From positions 25,196-89,195 of the forward strand of contig CAWCDW010000009.1 in assembly GCA_963794475.1 (NCBI GenBank): a stretch of 64,000 nucleotides of DNA, in the 5' to 3' direction. Of this stretch, positions 28,809 to 38,439 are shown one piece after another. The notes under the pieces are model-generated. The model made no database searches, was not told where the DNA came from, and saw nothing but the letters and a program-made list of their open reading frames with translations. How positions within the stretch are numbered: position 1 is the first letter of the stretch; each line of letters opens with the position of its first letter. Both the position numbers and the translations under genes were made by a program. The DNA comes from an uncultured Alphaproteobacteria bacterium. Lineage in GTDB: Bacteria; Pseudomonadota; Alphaproteobacteria; Rhizobiales; Beijerinckiaceae.

Positions 28809-30253
28809 CCAAGGCCGATATCGTCATTCGCAACGGCTGGGTCATCGATGGCACCGGCGCGGAGCGCTTCCGCGCCGATGTGGCGATCGCCGATGATCGA
28901 ATCCTCGCAGTCGGAGGGATCGATCATAACCCGCGGACTCGCGAGATCGATGCGGCCGGCCTGATCGTCGCGCCGGGGTTCATCGATGTGCACACCCATG
29001 ATGATCGTGCGCTGCTTTCAATGCCCAACATGACGCCAAAAGTGAGTCAGGGAGTTACCAGCCTCGTTGCCGGCAATTGCGGCGTCAGCCTCGCTCCGCT
29101 TGCACTCGCCGAGCTGCCCCCGCCGCCGCTCGACCTTCTTGGCAGCGAGACAGGCTGGTTCCGCTTTGCGCGTTTTGGCGCATATGTCGAAGCGCTCCGA
29201 GAGTCGCCGCCCGCCGTCAATTACGGCCTGCTTGTTGGCCATATCACCTTGCGTCATCGCGTTATGGATCGCTTCGACCGTGCCGCTCGCCCTTCCGAGA
29301 TCGCCGAGATGCAGCGTGAGGTGGATGCCGCGATGAGGGAAGGCGCGATCGGCTTCTCGACCGGGCTCGATTATCCCTCCGCGGTTGCGGCGCCCACCGA
29401 AGAAATCCTCCCTCTCGTCGCAGCCCTAAAGCCCCATGACGGGATCTATTGCTCGCATCACCGCAACTACTTTGACCGGCTCGAGGAGGCGATCGACGAG
29501 GCGCTGGCGATTGGGCGCGAGACGCAGGTTCCCCTCACCATCTCGCACCACCAGTGCACGGGCGCCGCGAATTTCGGCAAGGCGCCAAAAACGCTGGCGG
29601 TCATCGACAAGGCGCGGCAGAGCCAGGCGGTCGGGCTGGATGCCTATCCTTACAATGCGAGCTCGAAGACGCTCGACCCTGGCCGAGCGCAGCCTGGGGT
29701 CCGAATCATGGTCACGTGGTCGAAGCCCTACCCCGATCTTGCCGGCAGGATGCTCGACGAGATCGCCAATGAGTGGAGCTGCAGCCCGGGCACAGCGGCG
29801 GAGCGCCTGCTGCCCGCCGGAGCCATCTATTTCCAGCTCGACGAAGAGGACGTTCGTGCCATCCTCGCCTACGAGCACACCATGATCGGCTCCGACGGCC
29901 TGCCGCACGATGTTCACCCGCACCCGCGCCTTTGGGGCACCTTCCCGCGCGTTTTGGGTCATTACAGCCGCGACTGCGGGCTCTTCAGCCTCGAAGAGGC
30001 GGTGCGACGAATGACGAGCCTGCCGGCGCGCTGGTTCGGGTTCCGCGACCGCGGCGTTCTCCGACCGGGCGCCTTCGCCGACCTCGCCTTGTTCGATCCG
30101 GTGACCGTGAATGACAGGGGGAGCTTCACGGCTCCGGCACAGCCTGCGGAAGGCATCGCGCTGGTGATGGTGAACGGAAGCATCGTTTGGCAAGAGAACC
30201 GGCATACAGGAATGCGTCCTGGCCGGATGCTGCGCCGAGAGCCGGGGGCGTGA
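28805..30253 (+). CDS. N-acyl-D-amino-acid deacylase (D-aminoacylase)
   Basis: PGFIDVHTHDD, GNCG, GSDG, HPRLWGTFPRVLG; ATGA overlap with the upstream gene. Confidence 0.92.
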   Translation: MTKADIVIRNGWVIDGTGAERFRADVAIADDRILAVGGIDHNPRTREIDAAGLIVAPGFIDVHTHDDRALLSMPNMTPKVSQGVTSLVAGNCGVSLAPLALAELPPPPLDLLGSETGWFRFARFGAYVEALRESPPAVNYGLLVGHITLRHRVMDRFDRAARPSEIAEMQREVDAAMREGAIGFSTGLDYPSAVAAPTEEILPLVAALKPHDGIYCSHHRNYFDRLEEAIDEALAIGRETQVPLTISHHQCTGAANFGKAPKTLAVIDKARQSQAVGLDAYPYNASSKTLDPGRAQPGVRIMVTWSKPYPDLAGRMLDEIANEWSCSPGTAAERLLPAGAIYFQLDEEDVRAILAYEHTMIGSDGLPHDVHPHPRLWGTFPRVLGHYSRDCGLFSLEEAVRRMTSLPARWFGFRDRGVLRPGAFADLALFDPVTVNDRGSFTAPAQPAEGIALVMVNGSIVWQENRHTGMRPGRMLRREPGA

Positions 30254-31056
30254 GGCTTCCGCTCTATTTGGTCGACGCCTTTGCCGACAGAGCGTTTGCC
30301 GGCAACCCCGCCGCAATCTGCTTTCTGGAATTCTGGTTGCCCGAGGTGACCATGCAGTCGATCGCGGCCGAAATGAATCTTTCCGAGACCGCGTTCCTCG
30401 TGCCGACCCAGGAGGGTTGGCACATTCGATGGTTCACGCCAACCCTTGAGGTCGACCTCGTCGGGCACGCGACCCTTGCCGCTGCTTTCGTGATCTTCGA
30501 GCGGGTCGCGCGAGGCGTTGCCGAGATCCGCTTCACGAGCCTCAGCGGACCGCTCGTGGTCCGCCGCGACGGCGCTCTTTTGGCGATGGATCTTCCGGCA
30601 AGAGTGCCGGTGCCTTGCGTGCCACCGCCCGGGCTTGTCGATGGTCTCGGGGCCGCGCCTTTGGAGATGCTGGCGGCGCAGCATTATCTCGCGGTATTCG
30701 AGAACGAGGATGCGGTGCGCGCGCTCTCACCGCGCATGGATCGACTTGCAACATTGGATCGCGCGGCGGTGATCGTCACGGCGCCGGGCGGAAACTCCTA
30801 CTCGAGCGATTTTGTCTCGCGATTCTTTGCCCCGGCGAACGGCGTGCCCGAAGATCCGGTGTCGGGTGTCGCTCATTGTACGCTGATCCCTTATTGGTCG
30901 CGGCGGCTCGGCAAGAAGCGGCTTATTGCCCATCAGGTGTCGCGCCGCGGCGGCACTCTCGTCTGTGAGGATCGAGGCGACCGCGTCATCGTCAGCGGGC
31001 CGGCCGTGCTCGTACTCGAAGGCGCTTTCGTGCTGGAGGCTGCCTGGATGCCATAG
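30250..31056 (+). CDS. PhzF family isomerase/epimerase
   Basis: VDAFADRAFAGNPAA, MNLSETAF, EVDLVGHATL, EDPVSG; GTGA overlap. Confidence 0.92.
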   Translation: MRLPLYLVDAFADRAFAGNPAAICFLEFWLPEVTMQSIAAEMNLSETAFLVPTQEGWHIRWFTPTLEVDLVGHATLAAAFVIFERVARGVAEIRFTSLSGPLVVRRDGALLAMDLPARVPVPCVPPPGLVDGLGAAPLEMLAAQHYLAVFENEDAVRALSPRMDRLATLDRAAVIVTAPGGNSYSSDFVSRFFAPANGVPEDPVSGVAHCTLIPYWSRRLGKKRLIAHQVSRRGGTLVCEDRGDRVIVSGPAVLVLEGAFVLEAAWMP

Positions 31057-31310
31057 GTCGTCTTTCCCGCGGCCGGCGCGCTTCTTCGATAGAGCGGCGC
31101 CCGTCCTCATCTTCGCATCATTGTGTTTCTCGGCACCGGGCTCTCGAGCCGGGTCGATCTTCCAGCTGCCGAACATCATGGCAATTGTTGTGAGACGCGT
31201 GCTGGGTTACCCCAACATTACTTGCTTGCCCAAAATTACTCACAGATTATGCGGTAGCCTCTCTCCGCTACTGTTTCATCCATTCTGCGGGGCTTCCAAG
31301 GAGCTGTGCC

Positions 31311-31658
31311 GTGGCCATCGAGCGCCTGGAAAACGGGCCGAGATTTTGCAGAGTTCTCACGCATAACGGCATCGCCTATCTCGCCGGCATGACGGCCGAT
31401 GATCTCTCCGGCGATGTGGTGCATCAGACACAGGATACGCTCGCGAAGGTCGACCGCTATTTGCGCATGGCAGGAACCGACAAGTCGAAGCTCCTGACTG
31501 CCGTCATCTGGCTGAGAGACATCGCCGAGTTCGACAAGATGAACTCGGTTTGGGACAACTGGATCGACAGGGATGGCATGCCGGTCAGGGCGACCGTGGA
31601 GGCGCGGCTCGCGGGCGATCTCTACCGCGTCGAAATCATGGTCACGGCGGCGATCTGA
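31311..31658 (+). CDS. RidA/YjgF family protein (YoaB-like)
   Basis: AYLAG, QTQDTL, FDKMNSVWDNW, PVRATV (conserved Arg), VEIMVTAA. Confidence 0.92.
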   Translation: MAIERLENGPRFCRVLTHNGIAYLAGMTADDLSGDVVHQTQDTLAKVDRYLRMAGTDKSKLLTAVIWLRDIAEFDKMNSVWDNWIDRDGMPVRATVEARLAGDLYRVEIMVTAAI

Positions 31659-31761
31659 AAATCGGCCGGTCGAGCGCCTCGCCTTTCGCCGCTGCCGGCC
31701 GCGACGGGGGATGGGAGAACGAGCTTGATCCGAGCCGAACTGCAAACGAAGGGAGCCGAGA

Positions 31762-33456
31762 ATGAGCGCTGACACCGAGCATGTTCTTGTCGGCAAGCTG
31801 CGTGAGCAACTTGCGGAAGGAAAAATAGAGCGGCGCGAGTTCATGCGCTTCGCTGTCCTTCTCGGGCTTTCGGTTGGCGCGGCCGCCGCCACATCCGGCA
31901 CGCCGCCGGCTCGAGCCGAAGGCACCCTCCCTTTCGCAGATGATCCGAAGGCCAAGAAAGGCGGCACACTACGCGTTGGGCAGGCTGTCGCCAAAATGGA
32001 AGATCCGGCCACCTATAGCTGGAACGAGATGTCGAACCAGACGAGGCCCGTGCTCGAATACATGACGGTCGTCGGACCCGACAATCTGGTCCGCCCGATG
32101 CTCGTCGAATCTTGGGACGCCTCACCAGATCTCAAGCAATGGACGCTGCATGTGCGCAAGGGAGTGTTGTGGCACAACGGTGACGAGCTGACTGCGGATC
32201 ACTTGGCATTCAATCTCGTGCGCTGGACGGATTCGACGCTTGGATCGTCCAACAGCGGATTGTCGACCTTTGGCGCTCTGGCCGAGGACACCGGCGTCAA
32301 GAACGCCAAGGGCAAGCCGATGTTGCGGCCTCGCGCGGGCGCGGTCGAGGTCTTGGACCGCTACACCTTACGGCTCAATTTATCGAAGCCGGTGCTGAGC
32401 GTCGCCGAGGATTGTGCCGAGTATCCGACGGCCATCGTTCATCCTTCCTTCAAGCCGCCGCTTGCCGAGAATCCGATCGGCACGGGGCCTTTCACCCTTG
32501 CCGAGCTCAAGGTCGGCGATCGGTGCATCCTCAAGCGGGTGACCAAGACCCGCGACGGAAAGGATTTCAAATATTGGGGCGGCGACGTCTACCTCGATGA
32601 GATTCACTTCTACAATTTCGAGCACGAGAACCAGGTCACGGCGCTCGCCTCCAGCTCCGTCGATCTCATCTATGAGATCAGCGTCGAGGAATTGCAGCTC
32701 GCGCGGGCTATACCGGGCGGCCAGATCCTGTCGGTTCCTTCCGCGAACACGCTGTGCTGCCGCATGCAAGTCGACAAGAGGCCCTTCGACGACATCCGCG
32801 TGCGGCAGGCGATCGTCAAGGCAGCCGACAACGGCGCGATACTCGATCTCATTTTCCCCGACGGCGGCGCGGTCGCCGAGAACCATCACGTCGCCCCGAT
32901 CCATCCCGAATATGTCGAACTGCCCAAGCTCAAGCGCGATGTGGAGGGCGCGCGGAAGCTGCTCGCCGAAGCCGGGCACGGCTCGGGGCTCGACCTCACC
33001 ATCGATGTTGGCAACACCGACGGGCCCTGGCACCAGACTGTCTGTGAGGCGCTGCGCGATCAGCTCAAGGAGGTGGGAATCAATCTTGCTATCAACGTGC
33101 TGCCCACGCAGAAATTCTGGGAAATCTGGGATAAGACGGTCTTCGGGGCCACCTCATGGGGTCATCGGCCGCTCGGCACGATGGTGCTGTCTCAGGCGTA
33201 TCGCAGCGGCGTTCCGTGGAACGAGACGCATTTCTCCGATCCGCAATTCGACGCCGCCTTGGCGGAGGCCGAAGGCCTCATCGATGTTGCCAAGCGCAAG
33301 GAGAAGATGAAGGAGCTCGAGACCATCCTCCAGAACGCGGCCATAATGGTTCAGCCGATCTGGCGACCTGTCTACACCATGGCGTCGAAGAATGTGCGCG
33401 GTTATAGCGCCCAGCCGGCCCGCGTCATGCATTTGACCAAGGTCTGGATAGGCTGA
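31762..33456 (+). CDS. Family 5 ABC solute-binding protein with Tat-like signal
   Basis: RREFMRFA leader; [25 protein letters not shown]. Confidence 0.92.
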   Translation: MSADTEHVLVGKLREQLAEGKIERREFMRFAVLLGLSVGAAAATSGTPPARAEGTLPFADDPKAKKGGTLRVGQAVAKMEDPATYSWNEMSNQTRPVLEYMTVVGPDNLVRPMLVESWDASPDLKQWTLHVRKGVLWHNGDELTADHLAFNLVRWTDSTLGSSNSGLSTFGALAEDTGVKNAKGKPMLRPRAGAVEVLDRYTLRLNLSKPVLSVAEDCAEYPTAIVHPSFKPPLAENPIGTGPFTLAELKVGDRCILKRVTKTRDGKDFKYWGGDVYLDEIHFYNFEHENQVTALASSSVDLIYEISVEELQLARAIPGGQILSVPSANTLCCRMQVDKRPFDDIRVRQAIVKAADNGAILDLIFPDGGAVAENHHVAPIHPEYVELPKLKRDVEGARKLLAEAGHGSGLDLTIDVGNTDGPWHQTVCEALRDQLKEVGINLAINVLPTQKFWEIWDKTVFGATSWGHRPLGTMVLSQAYRSGVPWNETHFSDPQFDAALAEAEGLIDVAKRKEKMKELETILQNAAIMVQPIWRPVYTMASKNVRGYSAQPARVMHLTKVWIG

Positions 33457-33464
33457 GGGCGGAT

Positions 33465-34412
33465 ATGAGCCGATATCTCACTCTCGCGGCTTGTCAGATG
33501 GGCCCTATCCAAAAGCGCACCTCGCGGAGGGAGACGGTCGGGCGTCTCGTCCACCTGCTCGAGAGCGCGGCCAAGGCCGGTGCGGATCTCGTCGTCTTTC
33601 CGGAAATGGCACTCACCACTTTCTTCCCCCGCTGGCTGATCGAGGATGAGATCGAGATCGAGACCTATTTCGAGGCATCCTTTCCGGGGCCCGATACCGA
33701 GCCTCTCTTCGCCGCCGCCCGCAAGCTGAAGCTCGGCTTCGCGCTCGGCTATTGCGAGAAGGCGGATGAGGGTGGGGAGAAGCGGCGCTTCAACACCATG
33801 GACCTCGTCAGCCGCGACGGCGAGGTCATTGGGCGCTATCGCAAGATCCATGTCCCGGGGACGCAGACCGTTGAGCCGGGCTTCACCACCCATCTCGAGC
33901 GGCGTTATTTCTTGCCCGGCAATCTTGGCTTCCCCGTCTTCCGTTATCGGGGCACGAATATCGGCCTCGCCATCTGCAACGATCGGCGCTGGCCGGAAAC
34001 CTATCGCATGTTAGCCCTGAACGGCGCCGACATCGTGCTGCTGGGCTACAACACGCCGCTCATCCTCGAGGAAGCTCCGCAAATGGCGCATCTGCGCATG
34101 TTTCACAATCATCTCCCGATGCAGGCGGGCGCCTATCAGAATGCCATATGGGTGGCGGCAGCCGCCAAAGCCGGGTTGGAGGACGGACAGTTCCTGATCG
34201 GCGGATCCTGCATCATCGCGCCGAGCGGGGAAATGGCCGCTCTCGCGCAATCGCTCGAGGACGAGATGATCGCGCATCGGGCCGATCTCGACTTCGCGCG
34301 CCTTTGCCGCAAGGCCAATTTCGATTTCGAGCGCTATCGGCGGCCCGACCAGTATCGGGCGATCGGCGAGCGCGAGGCCGCTTGTGCACCGCCTGCAAGA
34401 CCCAAACCTTGA
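33465..34412 (+). CDS. N-carbamoyl-D-amino-acid amidohydrolase (nitrilase superfamily)
   Basis: Triad motifs FPEMALTTFFPRW, YRKIH, ICNDRRWPE; MQAGAYQN. Confidence 0.9.
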   Translation: MSRYLTLAACQMGPIQKRTSRRETVGRLVHLLESAAKAGADLVVFPEMALTTFFPRWLIEDEIEIETYFEASFPGPDTEPLFAAARKLKLGFALGYCEKADEGGEKRRFNTMDLVSRDGEVIGRYRKIHVPGTQTVEPGFTTHLERRYFLPGNLGFPVFRYRGTNIGLAICNDRRWPETYRMLALNGADIVLLGYNTPLILEEAPQMAHLRMFHNHLPMQAGAYQNAIWVAAAAKAGLEDGQFLIGGSCIIAPSGEMAALAQSLEDEMIAHRADLDFARLCRKANFDFERYRRPDQYRAIGEREAACAPPARPKP

Positions 34413-34436
34413 ATCGCAGGCTCCGAGGAGGGTGAA

Positions 34437-34532
34437 CTCGGCTTCTTGCCCTGTACGCGGGTGCAGCACACGGCGTTCCGGCCGCCCAGGTCGTGGAGGT
34501 CGGTCTCGAGGTCGAGATCTAGAACGTGTCGA
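34437..34532 (+). pseudogene. Relic second kup copy: internal 38 bp fused to the last 61 bp
   Basis: 34437-34474 matches kup 25463-25500 at 35/38; 34472-34532 equals 26333-26393; junction shares GGC. Confidence 0.88.
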
Positions 34533-34553
34533 CGGCTGGCCGCGGGTCGGCGA

Positions 34554-34569
34554 TTTCGGTGACAGTGCA
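34554..34569 (+). repeat. 16-bp motif TTTCGGTGACAGTGCA (left inverted repeat)
   Basis: Exact reverse complement of 36456-36471. Confidence 0.9.
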
Positions 34570-34776
34570 TTCTTCGTCGTGACGAAGAAGGCTCGGCCCT
34601 CGCCGGTCGCGCCCAAACGTTCGGCGCCCGCGCTCGGCCTCAGCCAGTCATACCGACAGAACGAGCGCCATGATGGAGTTCGTGCTATACTTGCGATTAG
34701 GGCAACAGATAATAGAGCCTGAATAGGGCCATGGATAAGCGAGCCCGGAGAACCGCGTAAAAGCAAGGGTGTCGCG

Positions 34777-36369
34777 ATGGACCGCAGGACATTCCTGAAA
34801 GCGGTTACCGCCACGACCGCCGCGAGCCTCGCAACTCCCGCCATCTCGCAAGGCGCCGCGGCGCGCACGCTGCGCTTCGTGCCCCGGCAGGACCTGTCGA
34901 ATTTCGATCCCATCTGGACCACGGCCTATGTGGTGCGCAATGCCGGCGCGCTGGTCTACGACATGCTGTACGGTATCGATGACCAGCTGCGGCTGCAGCG
35001 CCAAATGGTTGAAGCCGAAGAGGTGTCGTCGGACGGGCTCACCTGGACCTTCCGTCTGCGGCCGGGCCTCAAATTCCATGACGGCGAGCCTGTGCTCGCG
35101 AGCGACGCGGTCGCCAGCATCAGACGCTGGTCGGCGCGCGATCCGACGGGCCACATGATCAAGGCCGTCGAGAATGAACTCGCGGCCATCGATGATCGCA
35201 ACTTCCGCTGGGTATTGCGCAAGCCCTTCTCGAAACTGAAGCTGGCGCTGGGCAAGAACGCAACGCCATGCTGCTTTATCATGCCGGCGCGGGTCGCCGC
35301 GACCGACCCGTTCCGTCAGATCACCGAGTATGTCGGCTCGGGGCCGATGCGCTTCGTGAGAAGCGAATGGGTGCCGGGGGCCCGAGCCGCGTTCGAGACA
35401 TTCGCTGGTTACGTGCCGCGGCCGGAGCCCGCCTCCTGGCTCGCCGGCGGCAAGCGGATGCTGATAGACCGCGCCGAATGGATCGTGATGCCTGACGCGG
35501 CCACGGCCTCGGCCGCGCTGCAGAACGGCGAGGTGGATTGGTGGGAGTCACCGACCAACGACCTGGTACCGCTCCTGCGGAAGAACCGTGGCGTCATGGT
35601 CGATATCGCCGATCAACTCGGCTTTATCGGCATGATCTCCCTGAACCACCTTTACCCGCCCTTCAACGATGTGCGGGCGCGCCGCGCCTTCCTCATGGCC
35701 GTGAACCAGGAAGACTATATGCTTGCCTATGTCGGGGACGACGCCGGGATGTGGAAGCCATTGCCCGGCTTCTTCACGCCTGGCACGCCGCTCTATAACG
35801 AAGAGGGCGGCGACATCCTGAAGGGCCCGCGCGACATCGACGCCGCGAGGCGGCTGCTGGCGGAGAGCGGCTATGCCGGGGAGCCCGTCACCTGCATGGC
35901 AGCGCAGGACTTCGCTCCCCACAAGGCTTTCGGCGACGTCACGGCGGACCTGCTCAGGCGGCTCGGCGTCAATCTCGATTTCGTCGCCGCCGATTGGGGG
36001 ACGGTGCTCGCCCGCAGGGCGCAGAAATCGCCGCCAGGCCAGGGCGGATGGCAGATGTTCCACACCACATTGTCCGGCACCGATTGCACCAGCCCGGCGA
36101 CCTACCCGCAGATTCGCGCCAATGGCGACGGCGCCTGGTTCGGGTGGCCGAACATCCCGCAAGTCGAAACCGAGGTCGCGGCCTGGTTCGAAGCAAAATC
36201 GCCCGATGAGGAGAAGGCCGCGGCGCGTCGCCTCAACAAGGCCGCGCTCGACAATGTGGTGTCGGTGCCGCTCGGCCTTTTTCTGCAGTACCAGGCCTGG
36301 CGGCAGAACGTGTCCGGGATCGTTCAGGGCCCGCTGCCCTTCTTCTGGGGAGTGAGCAAGGGCGTTTGA
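34777..36369 (+). CDS. Family 5 ABC solute-binding protein, Tat-exported
   Basis: MDRRTFLKA twin-arginine signal; DPIWTTAYVVRN, GSGPMRF, GEVDWWE, PPFNDVRARRA. Confidence 0.95.
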   Translation: MDRRTFLKAVTATTAASLATPAISQGAAARTLRFVPRQDLSNFDPIWTTAYVVRNAGALVYDMLYGIDDQLRLQRQMVEAEEVSSDGLTWTFRLRPGLKFHDGEPVLASDAVASIRRWSARDPTGHMIKAVENELAAIDDRNFRWVLRKPFSKLKLALGKNATPCCFIMPARVAATDPFRQITEYVGSGPMRFVRSEWVPGARAAFETFAGYVPRPEPASWLAGGKRMLIDRAEWIVMPDAATASAALQNGEVDWWESPTNDLVPLLRKNRGVMVDIADQLGFIGMISLNHLYPPFNDVRARRAFLMAVNQEDYMLAYVGDDAGMWKPLPGFFTPGTPLYNEEGGDILKGPRDIDAARRLLAESGYAGEPVTCMAAQDFAPHKAFGDVTADLLRRLGVNLDFVAADWGTVLARRAQKSPPGQGGWQMFHTTLSGTDCTSPATYPQIRANGDGAWFGWPNIPQVETEVAAWFEAKSPDEEKAAARRLNKAALDNVVSVPLGLFLQYQAWRQNVSGIVQGPLPFFWGVSKGV

Positions 36370-36455
36370 TGGCGCCCCCGCGGCGAAGAGAGATCGGCCC
36401 TTGCTTGTCGTGCCGAAACATTCGACGTCCACGCGAAGTTGTCGATTAGATTAGG

Positions 36456-36471
36456 TGCACTGTCACCGAAA
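36456..36471 (-). repeat. 16-bp motif TGCACTGTCACCGAAA (right inverted repeat)
   Basis: Exact reverse complement of 34554-34569; context ATTAGGTGCACTGTCACCGAAACTTCCGAAA. Confidence 0.9.
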
Positions 36472-36499
36472 CTTCCGAAACTAGCGGCTAGCGGCAAAT

Positions 36500-36746
36500 T
36501 TGACGGCGGCGCCTTCCTCCGCGTGGAAGAACGTTCAGCTCTCCCCCGTGCGTCGTTGGTCAAGAGCAGTTCCTTCAGTGTAGGCTTGGCCGCGTGGTTG
36601 AGTCGTTGCCAATCCGTCGCAGGTACCAGGATGGCAGCATCAGCACCGCGTTTGCTGGCGAGCTACGGGCCTTCCCTTAAGCAGCTTGCGAGCATCTCAC
36701 TGAAGCGCGCTTTTGCATCTTGAACCGGCCAGGCTCGCAGGGTCAT
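36500..36746 (-). pseudogene. Phd/YefM family antitoxin, disrupted by a nonsense codon
   Basis: Manual translation MTLRAWPVQDAKARFSEMLASCLREGP*LASKRGADAAILVP..WQRL..AKPTLKELLL; TAG at 36665-36663; 3' end approximate. Confidence 0.8.
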
Positions 36747-36909
36747 CTCCCCTGCCACTGCCACACTAGTCATACCACGGAGGCGCGGAGGGCACGGAGA
36801 AAATGCAGTTTTTTCCGGATAGCCTCCTTGTTCTCAATGCCCTTCGCGCCTCTGGCGGCCGAGAAGGATCCAGGCGGCGATATCCAACACTGTCGCGCAA
36901 AGGTGAGGG

Positions 36910-37000
36910 TGGCGGAGGGAGCGGGATTTCGAACCCGCGATACGGTTTCCCGTATACACACTTTCCAGGCGTGCGCCTTCAACCACTCGGCCACCCCTCC
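36910..37000 (-). tRNA. tRNA-Ser(GGA)
   Basis: GGAGGGGTGGCCGAGTGG..CACGC-CTGGAAA-GTGTG, long variable arm, GGTTCGAAATCCC, encoded CCA. Confidence 0.95.
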
Positions 37001-37342
37001 GCAGGGGGGATCGTCATATAGCCTTCGCGCGCCCGCGCGCAACAGCCCTGTCACAAGCGTGCGTGAAAGGGACGGCACGCAAAGGTCCGGCGCGCAATAA
37101 CCCGGCATTCAATAGGCTTGGACGCCAAGGTCCGGCACTCGAGCGCTTGGCACGCCATGAGCCAGAGCTCGCCCGGTCACGGGCCAATATCGGGCGCGAC
37201 GATGGGCGAGGCCACTCCCGGCGTACCATCGAAAACCTGTCCCTTCCCGACAAGGCTGCGCGTTTCAACTGCCCCGCGCTTGCGCGCAGGCGCCGATCCA
37301 GGCGATATCGCGCGGGCGAATTCTTGAGAATGGGGCAGCGCG

Positions 37343-37909
37343 ATGTCGAGCCTTGTTTCCAAGCGCGAAGGCGTGCGCTCGCCCATTGGCCTTGCCGAGC
37401 TCGCGAGCGCCTTCCTCAAGATGGGGCTTTACGGCTTCGGCGGCGTCCTTCCCTTCGCGCGCCGCGTGCTTGTCGAGGAGCGCGGCTATTTGAGCGAGCG
37501 CGAATTCGCGGAGATCCTCGGCCTTTGCCAGGCGCTTCCCGGCCCGAACATCGTCAATGCCTCGATCGTCATCGGCGAGCGCTTTCGCGGCCTAGCCGGG
37601 TCGGTGACCTGCATCTTGTCGCTGATGACGGCTCCGCTCGTCATCCTCGTCATCCTCGCCGAGCTTTATGCGCATTGGGCGGGCGTCCATCTCGTCGATG
37701 CGGCGATCGGCGGCATGGCGCTCGCCGCGGCGAGCCTCATCGGCGGCAACGGCTTGAAGATGCTGCGCCGGCTCAAGCTTCCCCTACGCGAGCTTTCGGT
37801 CGCTGGGGCGACCTTCGTGGCCGTCGGCCTCATGCATTTTCCCTTGATTCCCATTGTCCTGACGATGGCGCTCGTGAGCTTCGCGCTTCAGGAAAGGCCT
37901 TCAAGATGA
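37343..37909 (+). CDS. Short-chain chromate transporter (CHR family), N-type
   Basis: GLYGFGG, EFAEILGLCQALPGPN. Confidence 0.92.
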   Translation: MSSLVSKREGVRSPIGLAELASAFLKMGLYGFGGVLPFARRVLVEERGYLSEREFAEILGLCQALPGPNIVNASIVIGERFRGLAGSVTCILSLMTAPLVILVILAELYAHWAGVHLVDAAIGGMALAAASLIGGNGLKMLRRLKLPLRELSVAGATFVAVGLMHFPLIPIVLTMALVSFALQERPSR

Positions 37910-38430
37910 GCGCGCCGACGCCGCTCGCCATCGCCAAGCTCTTCGCGCTCCTCTCCGTCGTCGCGGTCGGCGGCGCGAATGGCGTGCTCTCCGAGGCGCA
38001 TCAGCAAATCGTCGAGACCGAGGCCTGGATGTCGGACAAGGATTTCGCCACCGTCTACGCCATCGCCCAGGCGGCGCCCGGCCCCAACGTGCTTTATGCG
38101 AGCCTCATGGGCTGGCGTCTCGCAGGGTTTGCCGGCCTCCTTGCCGCGACGCTCGGCATGAACATGCCGAGCTCGGTGATCGCCTTCGCGGTGGCGCGGC
38201 TTAAGCGGCGCTACGGCGAGATCGGGCCCGTGCGGCGAGCTTCCAAGGCTCTCGTCCCGGTGGCCATCGGGCTGATCCTCTCGGCGGGGCTCACCGCCGG
38301 ACGGGTCGCAGGGCACGGCCCGCGCGACGTCGCGCTCATGCTCGCCGGAGCGGCGGTCTACACTTTCTTCGATTTCAACCCGCTCTGGCTTCTTTCTTCC
38401 GGCGCCGTGCTGGGCATGGCGCTCGGCTGA
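37906..38430 (+). CDS. Short-chain chromate transporter (CHR family), C-type
   Basis: LSVVAVGG, YAIAQAAPGPN; ATGA overlap. Confidence 0.9.
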   Translation: MSAPTPLAIAKLFALLSVVAVGGANGVLSEAHQQIVETEAWMSDKDFATVYAIAQAAPGPNVLYASLMGWRLAGFAGLLAATLGMNMPSSVIAFAVARLKRRYGEIGPVRRASKALVPVAIGLILSAGLTAGRVAGHGPRDVALMLAGAAVYTFFDFNPLWLLSSGAVLGMALG

Positions 38431-38439
38431 GCGGAAGCC

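Noticed and set aside
30250-31056. PhzF motif EVDLVGH lacks the usual Cys
   Set aside because: This position varies in the family (PhzF itself lacks Cys), so it is weak evidence of novelty
36910-36940. attL/attR duplicate of the tRNA-Ser 3' end
   Set aside because: No second copy found by eye and no integrase, so an intact island is not claimed
37063-37905. 455-aa ORF suggesting a fused long-chain chromate transporter
   Set aside because: Its N-terminal part is an off-frame overlap of the first CHR gene; the real second gene starts at ATG 37906
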